A stretch of 63,167 bases of DNA, the filler included, from Choristocarpus tenellus KU-1152 (taxonomy: Eukaryota > Protista > Phaeophyceae), in NCBI GenBank assembly GCA_964200185.2. It is 10 parts of 10 records of this genome, joined end to end, with 100 filler letters (N's around TTAATTAATTAA, not from the genome) between each part and the next. Parts side by side here need not be neighbours in the genome. Positions count along the whole stretch, not along the records: positions 1 to 6,339 come from CAXNAD020008355.1; positions 6,440 to 9,398 come from CAXNAD020023356.1; positions 9,499 to 12,564 come from CAXNAD020022562.1; 7 more parts are not named here. One strand, given 5' to 3'. How positions within the stretch are numbered: position 1 is the first letter of the stretch; the number at the start of each line of letters is the position of its first letter. This document shows positions 1 through 12,564 of the stretch, piece after piece. Position numbers and translations under genes: made by a program. The notes under the pieces are model-generated. The model saw nothing but the letters and a program-made list of their open reading frames with translations, did no database searches and was not told where the DNA came from.

Positions 1-21
1 CCCCCCCAAGATACTTTGACC
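1..21. mobile_element. One terminus of G/C-tract MITE (family B), cut by the window edge
   Basis: cccccccaagatactttgacc matches the end of the complete family B copy at 1746-2189. Confidence 0.7.
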
Positions 22-1274
22 CGTTTGTCTTCAATTGTACTATGTTCTTCAAGGTGGTATCATCCATTAGCAACCAACGGCTTGGTAATTCTCCAAGTAA
101 TCCTCAGGGGGAAATCTCCCTAGCAGTTAACACATCAGATAAATCAATTCTGTAATTGCAGTTTCCTTCCATAGCGACCTTAGCTGTGCATCTAGGGTGA
201 ATGCTGCCTTGACTCCTCGCTACGTAGGTTCCCTACCACCTCAGAGAGCCAGGAGGGGTGCATACCATGTCAGTCCCAGCTCCAGCAGTCTCTACGACCC
301 AAGCCACAGTAGCACCTGGGATGCGTACCTCCCAACCCGAACCTATTCCTGATATCTGCAAGTGTATTTGTAGAATTTCCATATCAGTTTCAGCTACAAA
401 TTGAGGTTCTTGACTTGACAACAACACTCTTCCGTCTTTTTTCACCCAAATCCACTCTTTTTGTACCACTTTCACCACAAACCACATGATAGACCAAAAT
501 TATCAAATTGGAATGAACACTTCAATTTCCTGTTATGGAGGATCTTGTTGAGCAACATCAACAACAAGTTATTGGGTTGTCAATTATTGGTCAAGTGTGA
601 GAGATGAAAGATGGAGGAAAAGTGGATGTTGAATGGTGAGGTATGAAGAGGAGACACTGTAATTGCTGTGGTGATAAAATCGCCTTCCATATCGTAGAAC
701 AACGAACGAATTATTAAAAATGAGAATGGCTATATGAGACACGAACGTTAAAGAATAATTTTACAGGAAAAGGTATCCTCTCATATTTTAGCATGGTACA
801 AGTTAAGTACAGAACCGTTGTAGAACTGGTAGAATAGCGAGCTGATGATAACTCTAGGTGTAGGTGCTGCAACAGCCAAGGTGCGAGAGCACACCAACTA
901 GAGAGGATTACTTTGACTTTTGCAGTTTTAATCTCAACACCTTAACGGTGGAAAGTTTTGTGAACCTTGGAAAGCAAGACGAGAAGCTTCCTTGGATGAG
1001 CTACCCACACAGTAAGTGGGAGTGGGGTGGGAGGATACGGTAGGAAAGGGGCTGTCAAGTCTCGTTTGAGACAGATAGTGTCCGTTACTGCATAAGTGGC
1101 TCTCTCGAGACGTACATTTCAAGCTAGAGACACCAGGCAGATGGGCAAGAAGGGGCCTGTCAGATTCTTGGGATGCTTCCCTTGCTCCTCGCACACCTTT
1201 GTAGGCCTAACCTAGGTTAGAGAGCATAGTAGTGTACACATTACATTGTAATTATCAACCGTTAAGGGAACATT

Positions 1275-1533
1275 CAGTCAAAGTATCTTAGAGGTTAGGA
1301 CCGTGTCCTCTTGGGGTCCAAAATTCAATGTTTATATTTTGATGTAATTTTGGCTATCGTGTTTGTTAGGAAGTGTCAATATCCTTGTTCCGGACACACC
1401 TTTCGTAATCGTAAACATTTTAGGTAACTGTGATCACACAGAAAACCGAAAAATAGCATAAACAAATCATGGGAAGCCAAACCCCGAACGGACAAACAGG
1501 GCAAATCTCCTACCCTCTTAAATACTTTGGGTC
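1275..1533 (+). mobile_element. MITE family A copy (~260 bp)
   Basis: Terminal inverted repeats CAGTCAAAGTATCTTAGAGG...CCTCTTAAATACTTTGGGTC; 3-bp target duplication ATT/ATT; body matches seven other copies. Confidence 0.9.
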
Positions 1534-1745
1534 ATTGTGGTATTATTCGTTTTCAAATAGTAAATGCTTTTAGAGATATATCTTTTGAATTAACGACAAA
1601 TGGTTATTTTTCCAGTAGTCCTACTGATACAGTTTTTTTTTCCCAGACACCTTCAAAATGTCAGAGGGGGTATAGTAATATATATAGGAGCGAAGCTAGG
1701 TTAGAAGCATAGCAGCAGTGTACACATTACCAGAGAGAGTGGTGA

Positions 1746-2189
1746 GGCTCAAAGTATGGGGGGGTGAAGGCTGTCCATTTGGGGCCCATTTTTCCATGTC
1801 GCGATTTTTGTGTAATTTGGTTGCATGCGTCGGGGATGTATAAGAGGCACAGTATCTTAGAGGGTAGTGCCGCGTCCTTTGAGGGCCAAAAACTAATGTT
1901 GCGATTTTTGGTGAAAAATTGACTGTATATCGTGTTTGTTAGGAGGTGTCTATGTCCTTGTTCCGGACATACCTTTTCATAACGTATACATTTTACCTAC
2001 CCCGAAACACTTTGGAGTAGGAAAATGTCATAAAAAAAAACATGGGAAGCCAAGCCCCAAATGGACAAACAAGGCACTCGTACCCTCTAAGATACTTTCA
2101 CTCATAATGCAAGTTCACTTCTCCTTGTCAGGGTCCGAATGGACATCCTGGTGTCGAACCCCCCCCCCTCCCCCAAGATACTTTGAGCC
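1746..2189 (+). mobile_element. MITE family B copy (~180 bp net) carrying a nested family A insertion
   Basis: GGCTCAAAGTAT-G-tract...C-tract-AAGATACTTTGAGCC; target duplication TGA/TGA. Confidence 0.88.
1844..2103 (+). mobile_element. MITE family A copy nested in family B element
   Basis: GAGGCACAGTATCTTAGAGGGTA...TACCCTCTAAGATACTTTCACTC; flanked by ATAA/ATAA. Confidence 0.9.
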
Positions 2190-4895
2190 TGACTTACCAT
2201 TGACTACACCTGTCATACTAACACAGTAGTTAGTCCCTTTGACGTAGTTGTCATTTTTCCTTGGCATATCAGCACTTTTTTAGGGGGGTTCTCTAGTTGA
2301 TGAATTTTTCAACTACGTCGAGAAGTTTAGGTGAAAATTGTGCTTAATCCCATCTTGACCTGGTCCTTTCTGATGAGGGGTAGGGTCAAGAAAGGCTGGG
2401 GTGGGCGACACGTGCTGGGTCGCGGAGGGAGTTGGGAGTCTCAAGGAGGTGGACAAATATCTGCAAAATGTTAGAGGGCATAATAATGACATGGTATCTG
2501 AGAATTGGAAATTAAAACGGGTGGATAAGACAGACAATTGAGAGGAAAAAGTGTCATTAAATTATTTTATGGTTGGTATATAATCACGGTGCAAGTGGTA
2601 GAACATGGAGTGTGTCATTACAAATGAAAACGGTGGTGGTATGTGGTACCGAAATTGTTGAAGGGTTTGGCTTTTCCCTGGCACAGCTCAAAAACGTCAG
2701 AGGGCAAAATATATATATATTATTATGCGATGTGTGAGGGAAAACCCGATAAAAAGCTGTATCGTATATATATATATACCATGAGAATGAACCAGGATTT
2801 GGAATTGACAGGGGAAAGTGTCCTTTGGTCGGTGTGGTTTTTTCTCACCTGTGAATAGTTTCTATTCTATTTTTTACACATCTGGAAAATGTTAGAGGGC
2901 ATAATTAAGAAATATAGAACCACCGTGGAACCGGTGGAGCAACGAGCGGATGATTATAAATGAGAACGAGCAAAAACTATGAATTCCACAACGAGAAAGC
3001 GCCCTTTAACATTTTAGTGGTATGTAAAATTGAACCACCGTTGAAGCGGTAGAACAACAAATATATAATTCTAAATTAGAATGGTTCTCACGTTTAGGAT
3101 ATTTCTTTTCTTTAGGGCTCGTACTGACATATGTATAGTTTTCATTTGTTTTCCCCCTGACACATCTGCAAAATGTCAAAGAGCATAATAATATAATAGT
3201 GAGTTAAGACTAGGAATGTGAAAGGAAAAGTGTCTTCAGAGTCAAAACCATGTTACTAAACACAAAAAACGTTGAGACAGACTGTTACGATCCAAACTAT
3301 TCAGTAGCTTAATCGATCAACAATTACATTTTAATGTTTCGCAATCTAAACACAACGTTCACCAACTCTAGTAGACAAAAATCAAAATTAAAATCCGCTA
3401 GAACAGTCATACTATAAAAGGCTGAATCAACTGAGAGGACCTAAGGAAGCATTCCAATAATCTGACAGACCCCCTCTTGCCCACTTAATACTATTTAAGC
3501 CACTCACAGGACACGATTCTGGTTGAGCGTCTTGGAGGACACTGCTTGTTACTTCCGAAGTACCACTGTGAATTGAACTCGATAGAGATGGTCTGGGAGC
3601 GGGCGAAGCACTATGTACGAGGCCTGGAATGAGAGCCAACATTCCTGTCGATCTTAAAGAGGAAGGAGGGCTGTCCAGAGTAATTATGTAGAGGTTCTTC
3701 AGGATGAGTATTACTCACCACCTGATATATTCCAACGAGAAATGCATGGAATGCACCAAATCGGACAGGGTGTACAAGACATTTAAGTCTCTCACAGGAG
3801 GCCTGCACCTTCAGAATACCTCATTTGACTTGGCATGGATTGTCTAGTTCAGAGACCTGAGCCCCCATGAGTGAGCCTTAGTCAGCAAGTGACAACATCG
3901 CATAAACGGGAAATAATGGAAAGAGGATGGAGAGACAACAATGCCCATGTTCTCTGGGTGAAGATGCTTCTTCTGGGCTCAAAATCATCCTTAGATGTGG
4001 AGCTCGCGCGCACCGCGTGAAACCCCCGCGAACTGCGCGCGGAATACTTCATTTAAGTATGGTCCTGTATTTCTCACGATTACTGCAAGTTGACCAACCG
4101 AGACCAATCAAATAAGGTTGTGCATGCTGATGAGATTATAACACACGAATTTTCATGAAAAAAATTGTTGTTGATCAAAAGTTATGGCACGACAAAGTTG
4201 ATGCAGGAGGCGACTTCCAACACCATAGTACTTTCGTATTGCGTTCTATAAAGGTCAAAATTATTTCCCTGTTCGTAGAAGCTTAGTAATTTGATAACTT
4301 AATACAGAGCACAGAAGGCAAAACACCTGTGCCAAACATTGTGTGAGTCATGTTGAAATATTCCACACTAGACCCGCGTTGTGTGCCTTGATAGAGGACA
4401 AATAAATGACTTGTGTAGATACACAATATCAATGTTACAAGAGGCTTATGGTTTCGATTCCACTGACTGTACTTGTGGAGTGAGACAGGTGTAGACTACC
4501 ATTACTATTCCTAAAGTGTGGGGTTTGCAATTTTCCACACTAGTTGACAATGAATCACTTATTTACCTGTCTTGAATATTATAGCAAGTGTATATTGAAC
4601 ATGACACAAATCAATGTGGACACTAGTGAGTCAATGCATATGGTATATCTATCACTGACTCTCCATCCTATTATCTATCTCACTGGTGGTGTCTACAGTA
4701 TATCAGCACCACTATCCATGAACACTCTCCTCTGCTACACATACACTAATACACCCTCAAAATCTACTTCTCTGAAACTAGAGAAAAACAAACTTCTGCT
4801 AGCTTCTCAAAAACAAGGCCACAAATACACCCTAACATCCATGTTGACGTTCGGTCTGTGTAGGTCCAAGGAATCAGTGATCAATCTAATACCGT

Positions 4896-5572
4896 TATTG
4901 CAGTCTCACGTGTAAACATTCTCGGGTACATTCTCCTGTGGGTCCTTAGCAATACCATGTTGCGTCTCCCACGATCCATACACGTGTGTGGCATCTCCTA
5001 CAATAGTAATAGAAAAAACAGTAGTTACTATCAATATTAGTCTGGTGTCATTAAAAATCAGTCACCCATCTGTCCTATTGCAGTCTCATGCGTAAACATT
5101 CTGAGGTACTTTCTCCTGCGGGTCCTTAGCAATACCATGTTGCGTCTCCCACAATTCATGAAATGGCAGGGTCCTTTAGCAATACATGTAGCGTCTTCTT
5201 GCAATCAACAAAACCTCCCTAGTACATCACTACTGCAGGTCACTGGAACACAGGTGCTACCTCATATCTACTGCCCTATTGTAGTCTCCAGTGAAAACAT
5301 TCTCGGGTACTTCTCCTGCATGTACTTAGCCATACAATGTTGCATCTCCCACGATCCATGAAATCGCAGGATCCTTAGCAATACATGTAGCGTCTCCTAC
5401 AACCAACACAATCTTCCTAGTACATCACTACCAAAAGTCACTGGAATACAGTAATATGGTGGGGCTGTTGTTTCCTACCTATCCTATCGCAATCTCTACG
5501 AACACATCTGGGGTGTTTTTCTCCTGCGGGTCCTTAGCCATACCATGTTGTGTCTCCCACAATCCACGAAAT
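4896..5572. repeat. Degenerate tandem array of four ~180-208 bp units
   Basis: ~85-bp core tattgcagtctc...aaacattctcgggtac...gggtccttagcaataccatgttgcgtctcccacgatccat recurs at ~4896, 5076, 5277 and 5485. Confidence 0.85.
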
Positions 5573-5899
5573 GTCCCTTGTGCAACGCCTAAAGTGAATT
5601 TTTGGAAAAGAGTACCACTACTTAACCAACTCCCTTACAACTGACATACCATACACACACACACACACAAATCTCTCCCTGGCTTCAATAGCTCATCTAT
5701 CGAAAGCCAGTCTGCACACACAACATCACAGCTGCCACTTGACTATTGTGGGTATGCACTAAAGTACACAAGGCATAGGGGACAAACTCAAATTAAATAA
5801 GTTGCAAAGGATAACAAACACAAGGGAAGACAGTAACAAGGGGTAATGTTCTCTGTCACCGAAGTAAGAGCTTCTGATGAAGCCTTCTAACCTGTCCAG

Positions 5900-6339
5900 T
5901 CTCGAACTGATATCTTTCCACCTCTCGAGTTTCGGTTGGGGGAAAGAAGTTGTTGTCGATACCATATGCGCTCCCTCCTTAGCCCCCCTTCCAGAAGGTC
6001 TTCTTGTCGTCTCCCTGGCTCGAACAGTCAGGGGACATTCGCTCACTTCGTGACCTAGCCCTGTGCATCTCCCCCTAGTCTTGTAGCCCGATCGAGATCG
6101 GGGCAGTCGTACTTCGTGTGACCATCTTTGCCACACATAAAACAGACTACGCGGCCCTTTCTTCGACCCTTTCTACCAGCAGTCCCCCTTCCTGCATTCA
6201 CAACCAGAGTGTGGCGGTTCCCTTTGCCACTTGATGAAGAACTTGACGAAATTCATGCTGGAAGTTGTTAAAGTATCCCCAAAATCATCAAAGAACATAA
6301 AGGTGATAAACCTGGCGAGATTGCTTGGTGTCTGTAGAG
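5900..6339 (-). mobile_element. Retrotransposon gag/nucleocapsid remnant
   Basis: CFMCGKDGHTKYDC (CX2CX4HX4C zinc knuckle) at 6103-6144 and a frameshifted second knuckle RCTGLGHEVSEC at ~6033-6070. Confidence 0.7.
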
Positions 6340-6439
6340 NNNNNNNNNNNNNNNNNNNNNNNNNNNNNNNNNNNNNNNNNNNNTTAATTAATTAANNNNN
6401 NNNNNNNNNNNNNNNNNNNNNNNNNNNNNNNNNNNNNNN
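6340..6439. other. Artificial contig linker; also at 9399-9498, 12565-12664, 15185-15284, 22058-22157, 25501-25600, 28124-28223, 43963-44062, 57639-57738
   Basis: Same 100-bp N-run + TTAATTAATTAA + N-run (stops in all six frames) at every site. Confidence 0.97.
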
Positions 6440-6477
6440 CGTCAGATGGATAATGTAAATGCACCTTCCCTGCTTTT

Positions 6478-6532
6478 GACCCAAATGGACACCCTGGTGT
6501 AGCCCCGCCCCCCCCCACAGATACTTTGGGTC
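6478..6532 (+). mobile_element. Family B MITE end near contig start
   Basis: gacccaaatggacaccctggtgtag-C-tract-acagatactttgggtc. Confidence 0.8.
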
Positions 6533-7099
6533 CTAATACCTTCCTGGATATCATTCAAATATTCAAGGGTATACACAAAATATTGTGTCCGTTAGCACTA
6601 TATATATATTTCCTCGTTTTCTCTGAGACCTTGGGATAACTTAGTTGTCTAACGAGGAAATTGATGAGTGTAGGAGGGGAGAAGGGTGGTGCTACCCTCC
6701 TTGGCAAGGCATATACTTCGAGGTATTGTAGGTTGTGGTATCTACCTATCGTATTCCTACATATCACAATCTGTCGACTATACGTAACAACCTAAGGAAT
6801 TGGTCAGAACATTTAAAAGGTTGTCCCGAAACCATGCGGGTAAAATTTAACCTTACCAATTTATTTATTTTTAAATCCTTTGCACCAGTGATAGCTTAGA
6901 TCCAGAGCTTTCATTTGATATGCTCATAATTATTTAGCTCGTTGGCCAACCCTTTAAAAAAATCAACAGTCTCATCCTAGAGGCGACTGTCAACACTATA
7001 TGGTAAGTTATATATGTAATAGGTATTATTGTAGGACTCAAACTTCAAATAAGTCGGAAAGACGAAAATAGCTCTATACATACACAATTCAAGTTTGAA

Positions 7100-8300
7100 A
7101 GGGTAGATCCTACTTGGCAATATGAGGTATGTGAATGAGAGGGATGTAAAGAACTGTTTTTCTACGTTCCATTTTTTTTTCAAGAATGCGGGAACGCTCA
7201 GGCGAGCCTAAAGGTTCTCGGCAAGATGTTCTTCTATCGTTCTGCCTCAGTGCCTGATGCAATCGAGAGAGAGAGGTAGCGATGATCTTGAATGTGCCAT
7301 CAATGCAGGACACAGTGAGAGAGTGAATGGAGTGACCAGAGGGACCTGTCCAACCATCTGTGGTGATGGGCATATCCTGATCAGTGCAACATTTTTGGTG
7401 ACCTTGATCTGGTGATGATCTTCCTTGACCTTTTCCTGGGGTTTACATCGATTGGGTATGGCTGCCCTGTTGTTCAAGGTCTATGTCATTTCCTTGAATT
7501 ACACACTTCCCACGACCTGCCTCTGTAAGGTAAAGGTCGAGGGATGGATAATGAGGCAACAGTTCACTCTGACGTAATTTCAAGTTGATGTGGGAAAAAA
7601 CGCGTGTGGATGACAATATGCTCAAAAATCGAAGAACAAGGATGACAACTGATATCCACAATGCAAAGGTAGGTAGGGCAAAATATGAAAGGCTGAAATG
7701 TAAGACTGTCTCACTCAAGGCGACTGATCATTCACGTCGATGGTCCTGCAAAGAAGAGTATCTCACTCTGGTGTTTTGGCCAAAAAAATTGAGTTCACCT
7801 GTCGCTGACAATCTCACACGGATTTTTCAATCTCGTTCCCGATCCCCTTCTATCCATAAAAACCTATATATCCCGTGCCCAGACATGGAGCTCTGCAGGT
7901 GATTTCTAGTAATGATCGTTGACTTAAAATCCCAACACTTGATCTCAACTATTGTGAAGTCTCCATTCCTCAGACAAATAGAGAGCATATAACTACATTT
8001 AAGCATCCTCTCCCTCATGTACATTCTAAAGAAGTGACAAATACGAGCCCTTCGACCCGTGGGGCTTCATTGTTTGCCTCCACGCGGTTTTCCTTCCTCT
8101 TGGTAAGCCATTAAGCTCAAACACGTTCAAAGCAGCTTATGCATCATCTACCCCTTCACCTTCCTTGCTGTCATCCTCCACACATGGAAGGGCACATTTG
8201 TCAGATTGATCAATGTCCACAACATACTCATGCAGGAACCCACTTTCACCATCTTCAGAGTACCAAGGTACACTCATGGCTCATTTTGCAGTCCTAGAGA
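7100..8300 (-). pseudogene. Degenerate hAT-type transposase
   Basis: ITTDGWTGPSGHSIHSLTVSCIDGTF (~7296-7370) matches the first catalytic Asp motif of hAT transposases (TxDxWT...S.T.h.ID); many stops and frameshifts; boundaries approximate. Confidence 0.6.
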
Positions 8301-9343
8301 TGTTTATGGTCCTTTTCTTCTGGCAGAGTAAAAAAATATAAAACAATCGAAGAATTGTTTTTTAATTATTATGGTTCGTTTAAACTCCGATTCAATTGAA
8401 TCGATCAATTGAATCGCTACAATCCACAACACTACCACTACCATTGCAGGACTCGAACTTCAACGACATAAACTCATAAAGAGAGAAATCAGAGGTGTCA
8501 AAACGTACGGACAGACAGACCAACGGATGGACGAACAATAATTGCTTGCTTTCAGACGGTAAGGATATGGGAGGTGAACGGGCACCTGTATCCATTCAGT
8601 GTTGGTAAGACTTTATTGTTTTCCAGGATTTTTTATAACGAAGCAAGAATATGCGTGAACGTCCAGACGTGCCTACGTGTGAGGACAAGGGTCGGTACTA
8701 TGCAGCAAGGTTAAGTACGGAATTGTAAGGTGTATATCGGTTGTCTGGAGATTCAGATGTAAATAATAGGACTCAAACTCCAAACAGTAAGTTGTAAAGA
8801 AGAAACACGAGTCTACAGAGCTGATAGGTTTTGTTTTGTTGCTGTTTTGCTGGGTACTACACATGCAAGGAATCTCATTACGTTAAATTCAAGAAATTGC
8901 GTCGAAATCATCTGACCTACACAAGAAGCGTACTGTACTATAGTATGACTCAAACTTCAAAGAAGTTGCAAAGAGAAAGCATTTCAATTGTGCCTGTGGT
9001 CACACGCAGAGACAAACAGGCAAATGGAAAAACAGAAATGAACTGATTTCATGATACATACGCGAGAGATGAAAAGGTAGTCGTACAGAGCTGGTGCCCG
9101 TAAAGGGTTCTGCACTTTTCAGGATTTGCACCATAGTAACTTTAAGGGTATAAGAGGCCTTGGTTACTGCCTTCTGGTGCTTGCGCTCCTACCAATCTGG
9201 AGGGCGATTTTGCTCTGAGTAGGCTAACGCTTGTCTCCTCTTCTATGGCCGCAACCTCCTGATAGAGGTTAGTTTCATTTTTTTTTCGGTAGAAGATGTT
9301 TCGAGCTCCTTATAATCAAAAGAGGCTAAATCAACCCCCTTCT

Positions 9344-9398
9344 GACCCAAAGTATCTGTGGGGGGGGGAGGGTCTACACCAGGGTGTCCATTTGAGAT
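9344..9398 (-). mobile_element. Family B MITE end at contig end
   Basis: gacccaaagtatctgt-G-tract-tctacaccagggtgtccatttg. Confidence 0.8.
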
Positions 9399-9498
9399 NN
9401 NNNNNNNNNNNNNNNNNNNNNNNNNNNNNNNNNNNNNNNNNNTTAATTAATTAANNNNNNNNNNNNNNNNNNNNNNNNNNNNNNNNNNNNNNNNNNNN

Positions 9499-9960
9499 AG
9501 GAGAGGCCTAGACCCCCCGCACTTGTAGGCATCTGTGCCTGTACTTGTTAGTGGGTCTCTAGGCGGAGAGACCTATTGTTGCACCCTTCCTCAAAGAAAT
9601 ATGTCACATCTGTCGCATCAGCTCTCTTCATTATCCTCTCTAGTGTCCATAGGGAGGTATTGTCTGCTTGCTCCATGGTGGAGCGTGCCAGGAGGGGGGG
9701 AGTGACCCTCACAAGATAGCCTAGCCGAGAGGAGAGGGACCAGGAGTTGAGGAGCCAGGCCACCTGCTTGTCCTCCATCTCGAGCATCCATGATTCCACT
9801 GACAGACCTTCCGTCAGAATGAAACCATGGAATCTCTGCACGAGACCAATCCCACAGACTTGGGATAGTTCGTCATTCAGAGTTGTCACACATTGAAGAT
9901 CCACTTTGTTCTCACGTCTTGACTTGTAGTCATGAGACCCTTCTTTGAAGATGCTCATGA
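9499..9960 (-). mobile_element. Non-LTR retrotransposon (CRE-like clade) reverse transcriptase C-terminal remnant
   Basis: WLLNSWSLSSRLGYLVRVTPP followed after a stop by QAQMPTSAGGLGLS, resembling the LLR..rl.yl.R..PP and QA.LP...GGLG motifs. Confidence 0.65.
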
Positions 9961-10295
9961 CTCCTCAATTTACACTTGTCCAACCTTAACCTCGTACCCT
10001 TGGTTACGGTTCGTCTTTGTTCGTCTGATCCGTCTTGCTCGGTGATTCTGTTCACCACCCTTGCTTGAGTGAACCACGCCGCCACAGAATCACACGATTC
10101 ACACTCACTCATAATAATTATGGGATTGGTATATAACAGCATGTGAGAAGGAAAAAGGAACAGTAATGCAACTCGATTGACGGCAGTGTGGAACTTGTTA
10201 GACGGACCTGTTCCCGTCATTCTTCCAACCTGTTTCTATCTGTCTCTTCCTAGGTTGCACGGTTTCGTTCTCCTTTTGTCGGATCAAGGGGATAA

Positions 10296-10552
10296 GAGCC
10301 AAAGTATCTTAGAGTTTAGAGCTGCGTCCATTTGGGGGCCAAAATCCAATGTTGCGATTTCGATGTAATTTTGGCTATTGCGTTTGTTAAGAAGTGTCAA
10401 TATCCTTGTTCCGGACACACATTTTCATAACGTGTACATTTTACCTACTCCGAATTTTTTCGAGTAGAAAAATGTAATAAAACCCACAAGGGAAGCCAAG
10501 CCCCAAATGGACTAACAGGGCAAAACTCGTACCCTCTAAGATACTTTCACTC
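10296..10552 (+). mobile_element. MITE family A copy
   Basis: GAGCCAAAGTATCTTAGAG...CTCTAAGATACTTTCACTC; target duplication TAA/TAA. Confidence 0.92.
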
Positions 10553-11719
10553 TAACTGTGTATGTACCTCCGATGACAACAGAATATGTGCAGTTTGGGG
10601 CTAGGATCAGAGGATAGAATCATTGCCTGTGCATTGGCGGATAGTTAAAACCCACGTCGATGTCCTGGATGTAGCGTTTCCAGACTTACAACACGCGATA
10701 TCACTTGCAGAGTATTGAAATTGCACCTCCAGCCTTAGGGCCAGGCCTAGTATTTGAGTCAGTTCCATTGAAATACTAATGAGATAGCGAGGGTTGTGGA
10801 GGATGAACGGCGAATGTATCCTGTTGACGTAATGTCATGTTCAGATTTTCTTACCAGGGAAAATGTCGCGCAATATATTAATAAGGTGCAAAGTTATCTT
10901 TGGTCCAATATCCTCAATCCATTAATCTTGTTTCTAGTATGTCCCCTAAGAGCGATACACTATGCTGATATCAATTCTGCTACGTGAACAAAATATCATC
11001 TTGCACATTGTAACACATTTGCACTCACTGTCTTTTCTAAGCATGACACTAGTCCCAATTTGCAAATGTTTTCTCAGCACACCCTTACCAACTTCACATA
11101 CCCCTAAGGCTAGATCAAGAAATGATGCCCGAGCACTTGTGTGATGGTGACTGACGTTTGGGGTAAGGCGGGCAAAGTAGCACATGCCACTTAGTATGTG
11201 AAAGACAGGTAGAATAGTGGGGCAGTGTGTAGCAAAGGAACATTTTTGTGGGATTCTCACTGAGAACTGTAAGAAGAGAGAGAGAGACCAAAGCCTGAGG
11301 ATAAAACTGCAAGAGACTCTACCTCTACCCTAGCATCCCCCTTTTCATGTTTGGGATGGCACCATATGTGGGTAGCACACTCCCAGGGCTACGGGATGTT
11401 TTTGACAACATATCCAACCTATCCGATTTTCTCTCTGCAGGCACGCTTCTTCCTCTCTTCCACCCGTTTCCTCTCCTGCCTGATGTGCCGCTTGTAAGCA
11501 TTCAATACTGTAGCCCTGCAAAACACACGAAACGCCGAATGCACCAGTCAATCTATGACGGGGAAGCGGATGTATTGAGCAAGTCCAACTATCTCTTTGC
11601 ATTTCTAGGTACATTCTTCAGATTGAATTTAGGTGTGAGGATTGACTCAGAATTGCCTCAAGGGATGAGTTCCAATTATTCGCTTGTTGGTATAGGTTTG
11701 ACAATATATGTATGCAAAT

Positions 11720-11751
<32 letters not shown>

Positions 11752-12473
11752 GATGCATGGAGTTGATTGAGCATTGGACTTTTCTGTTCAGGATGGAAAC
11801 AACCAGGTAAGTCATGGGGACACTAGTAAGGAGAACTTGTAGGCAAAACGTAGTAGGAAAGAGTCCAAGATTGCAACAAATCGCTACCTGCAGTAGTGAC
11901 TGTATTGCTCACACCTCTTTCATGAGGTTGTAACTGCAATTATTGAGAGTGCTCTGAAAACACTAGTCCTCAGGGTTTGTAAAAAAAAAACATTCATTTG
12001 TTTCTTTCCATTGATTGCTCCAATCAATAGGTTTCCAATGGTGATAAGACATTTCTTGATCTATTAATGATTGGTCGTTGAGTTTCAGATTGGAAAATAC
12101 CATTATTAAAAATATATCCCCTTTGGATTAAATCTGGAAATGTCTCGCTGTCTAATTTTTCAGTTACATCTGTTCATTTCAGCACTATAAATATTGTTGG
12201 AATTATTGATCCAATATGGTGGTCGGTGGGCGGGATATTGCAGAATGAATTGCTGGCAACATTATCATTTCAACCTATACCACGAACAGTTGTTCTCTTT
12301 TATATAGAATTTTTACAATATTTGCAACAATCACAGGTTTTTTTTCGTGACAACAGTCCCTCCTAATTGCAAATATTGTAAAATCCAGGGGGCAGCCATG
12401 AAATCCACCATATTTTTCTGTCCTTCTCGTTTCACTGTTCAAACAAAGTTTTTGTTCAAACAAGATTTGTTCA

Positions 12474-12564
12474 GAGTGAAAGTATCTTATAGGGTACAAG
12501 CTTTGCCCTGTTTGTCCATTTGAGGCTTGGCTTCCCATGGGCTCTTTTATGACATTTTCCTACT
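12474..12564 (-). mobile_element. MITE family A copy truncated by linker
   Basis: GAGTGAAAGTATCTTATAGGGTAC...gtccatttgaggcttggcttcccatggg. Confidence 0.85.

Noticed and set aside
1936-2229. ORFs ending or starting in PPRYF/KILSL/QSILE motifs seen at several loci
   Set aside because: Translations of non-coding MITE termini, not a protein family
4896-5572. CRISPR-like repeat-spacer array
   Set aside because: Cores are ~85 bp and degenerate, two of the spacers are homologous to each other, there are no cas genes, and the context is eukaryotic
6340-6439. Recurrent palindrome TTAATTAATTAA
   Set aside because: Always embedded in the same N-run context; an artificial six-frame-stop linker, not biology
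6478-9398. Autonomous element formed by family B ends flanking the hAT remnant
   Set aside because: The two ends face outward from this interval and belong to separate copies cut by linkers; hAT elements make 8-bp, not 3-bp, duplications
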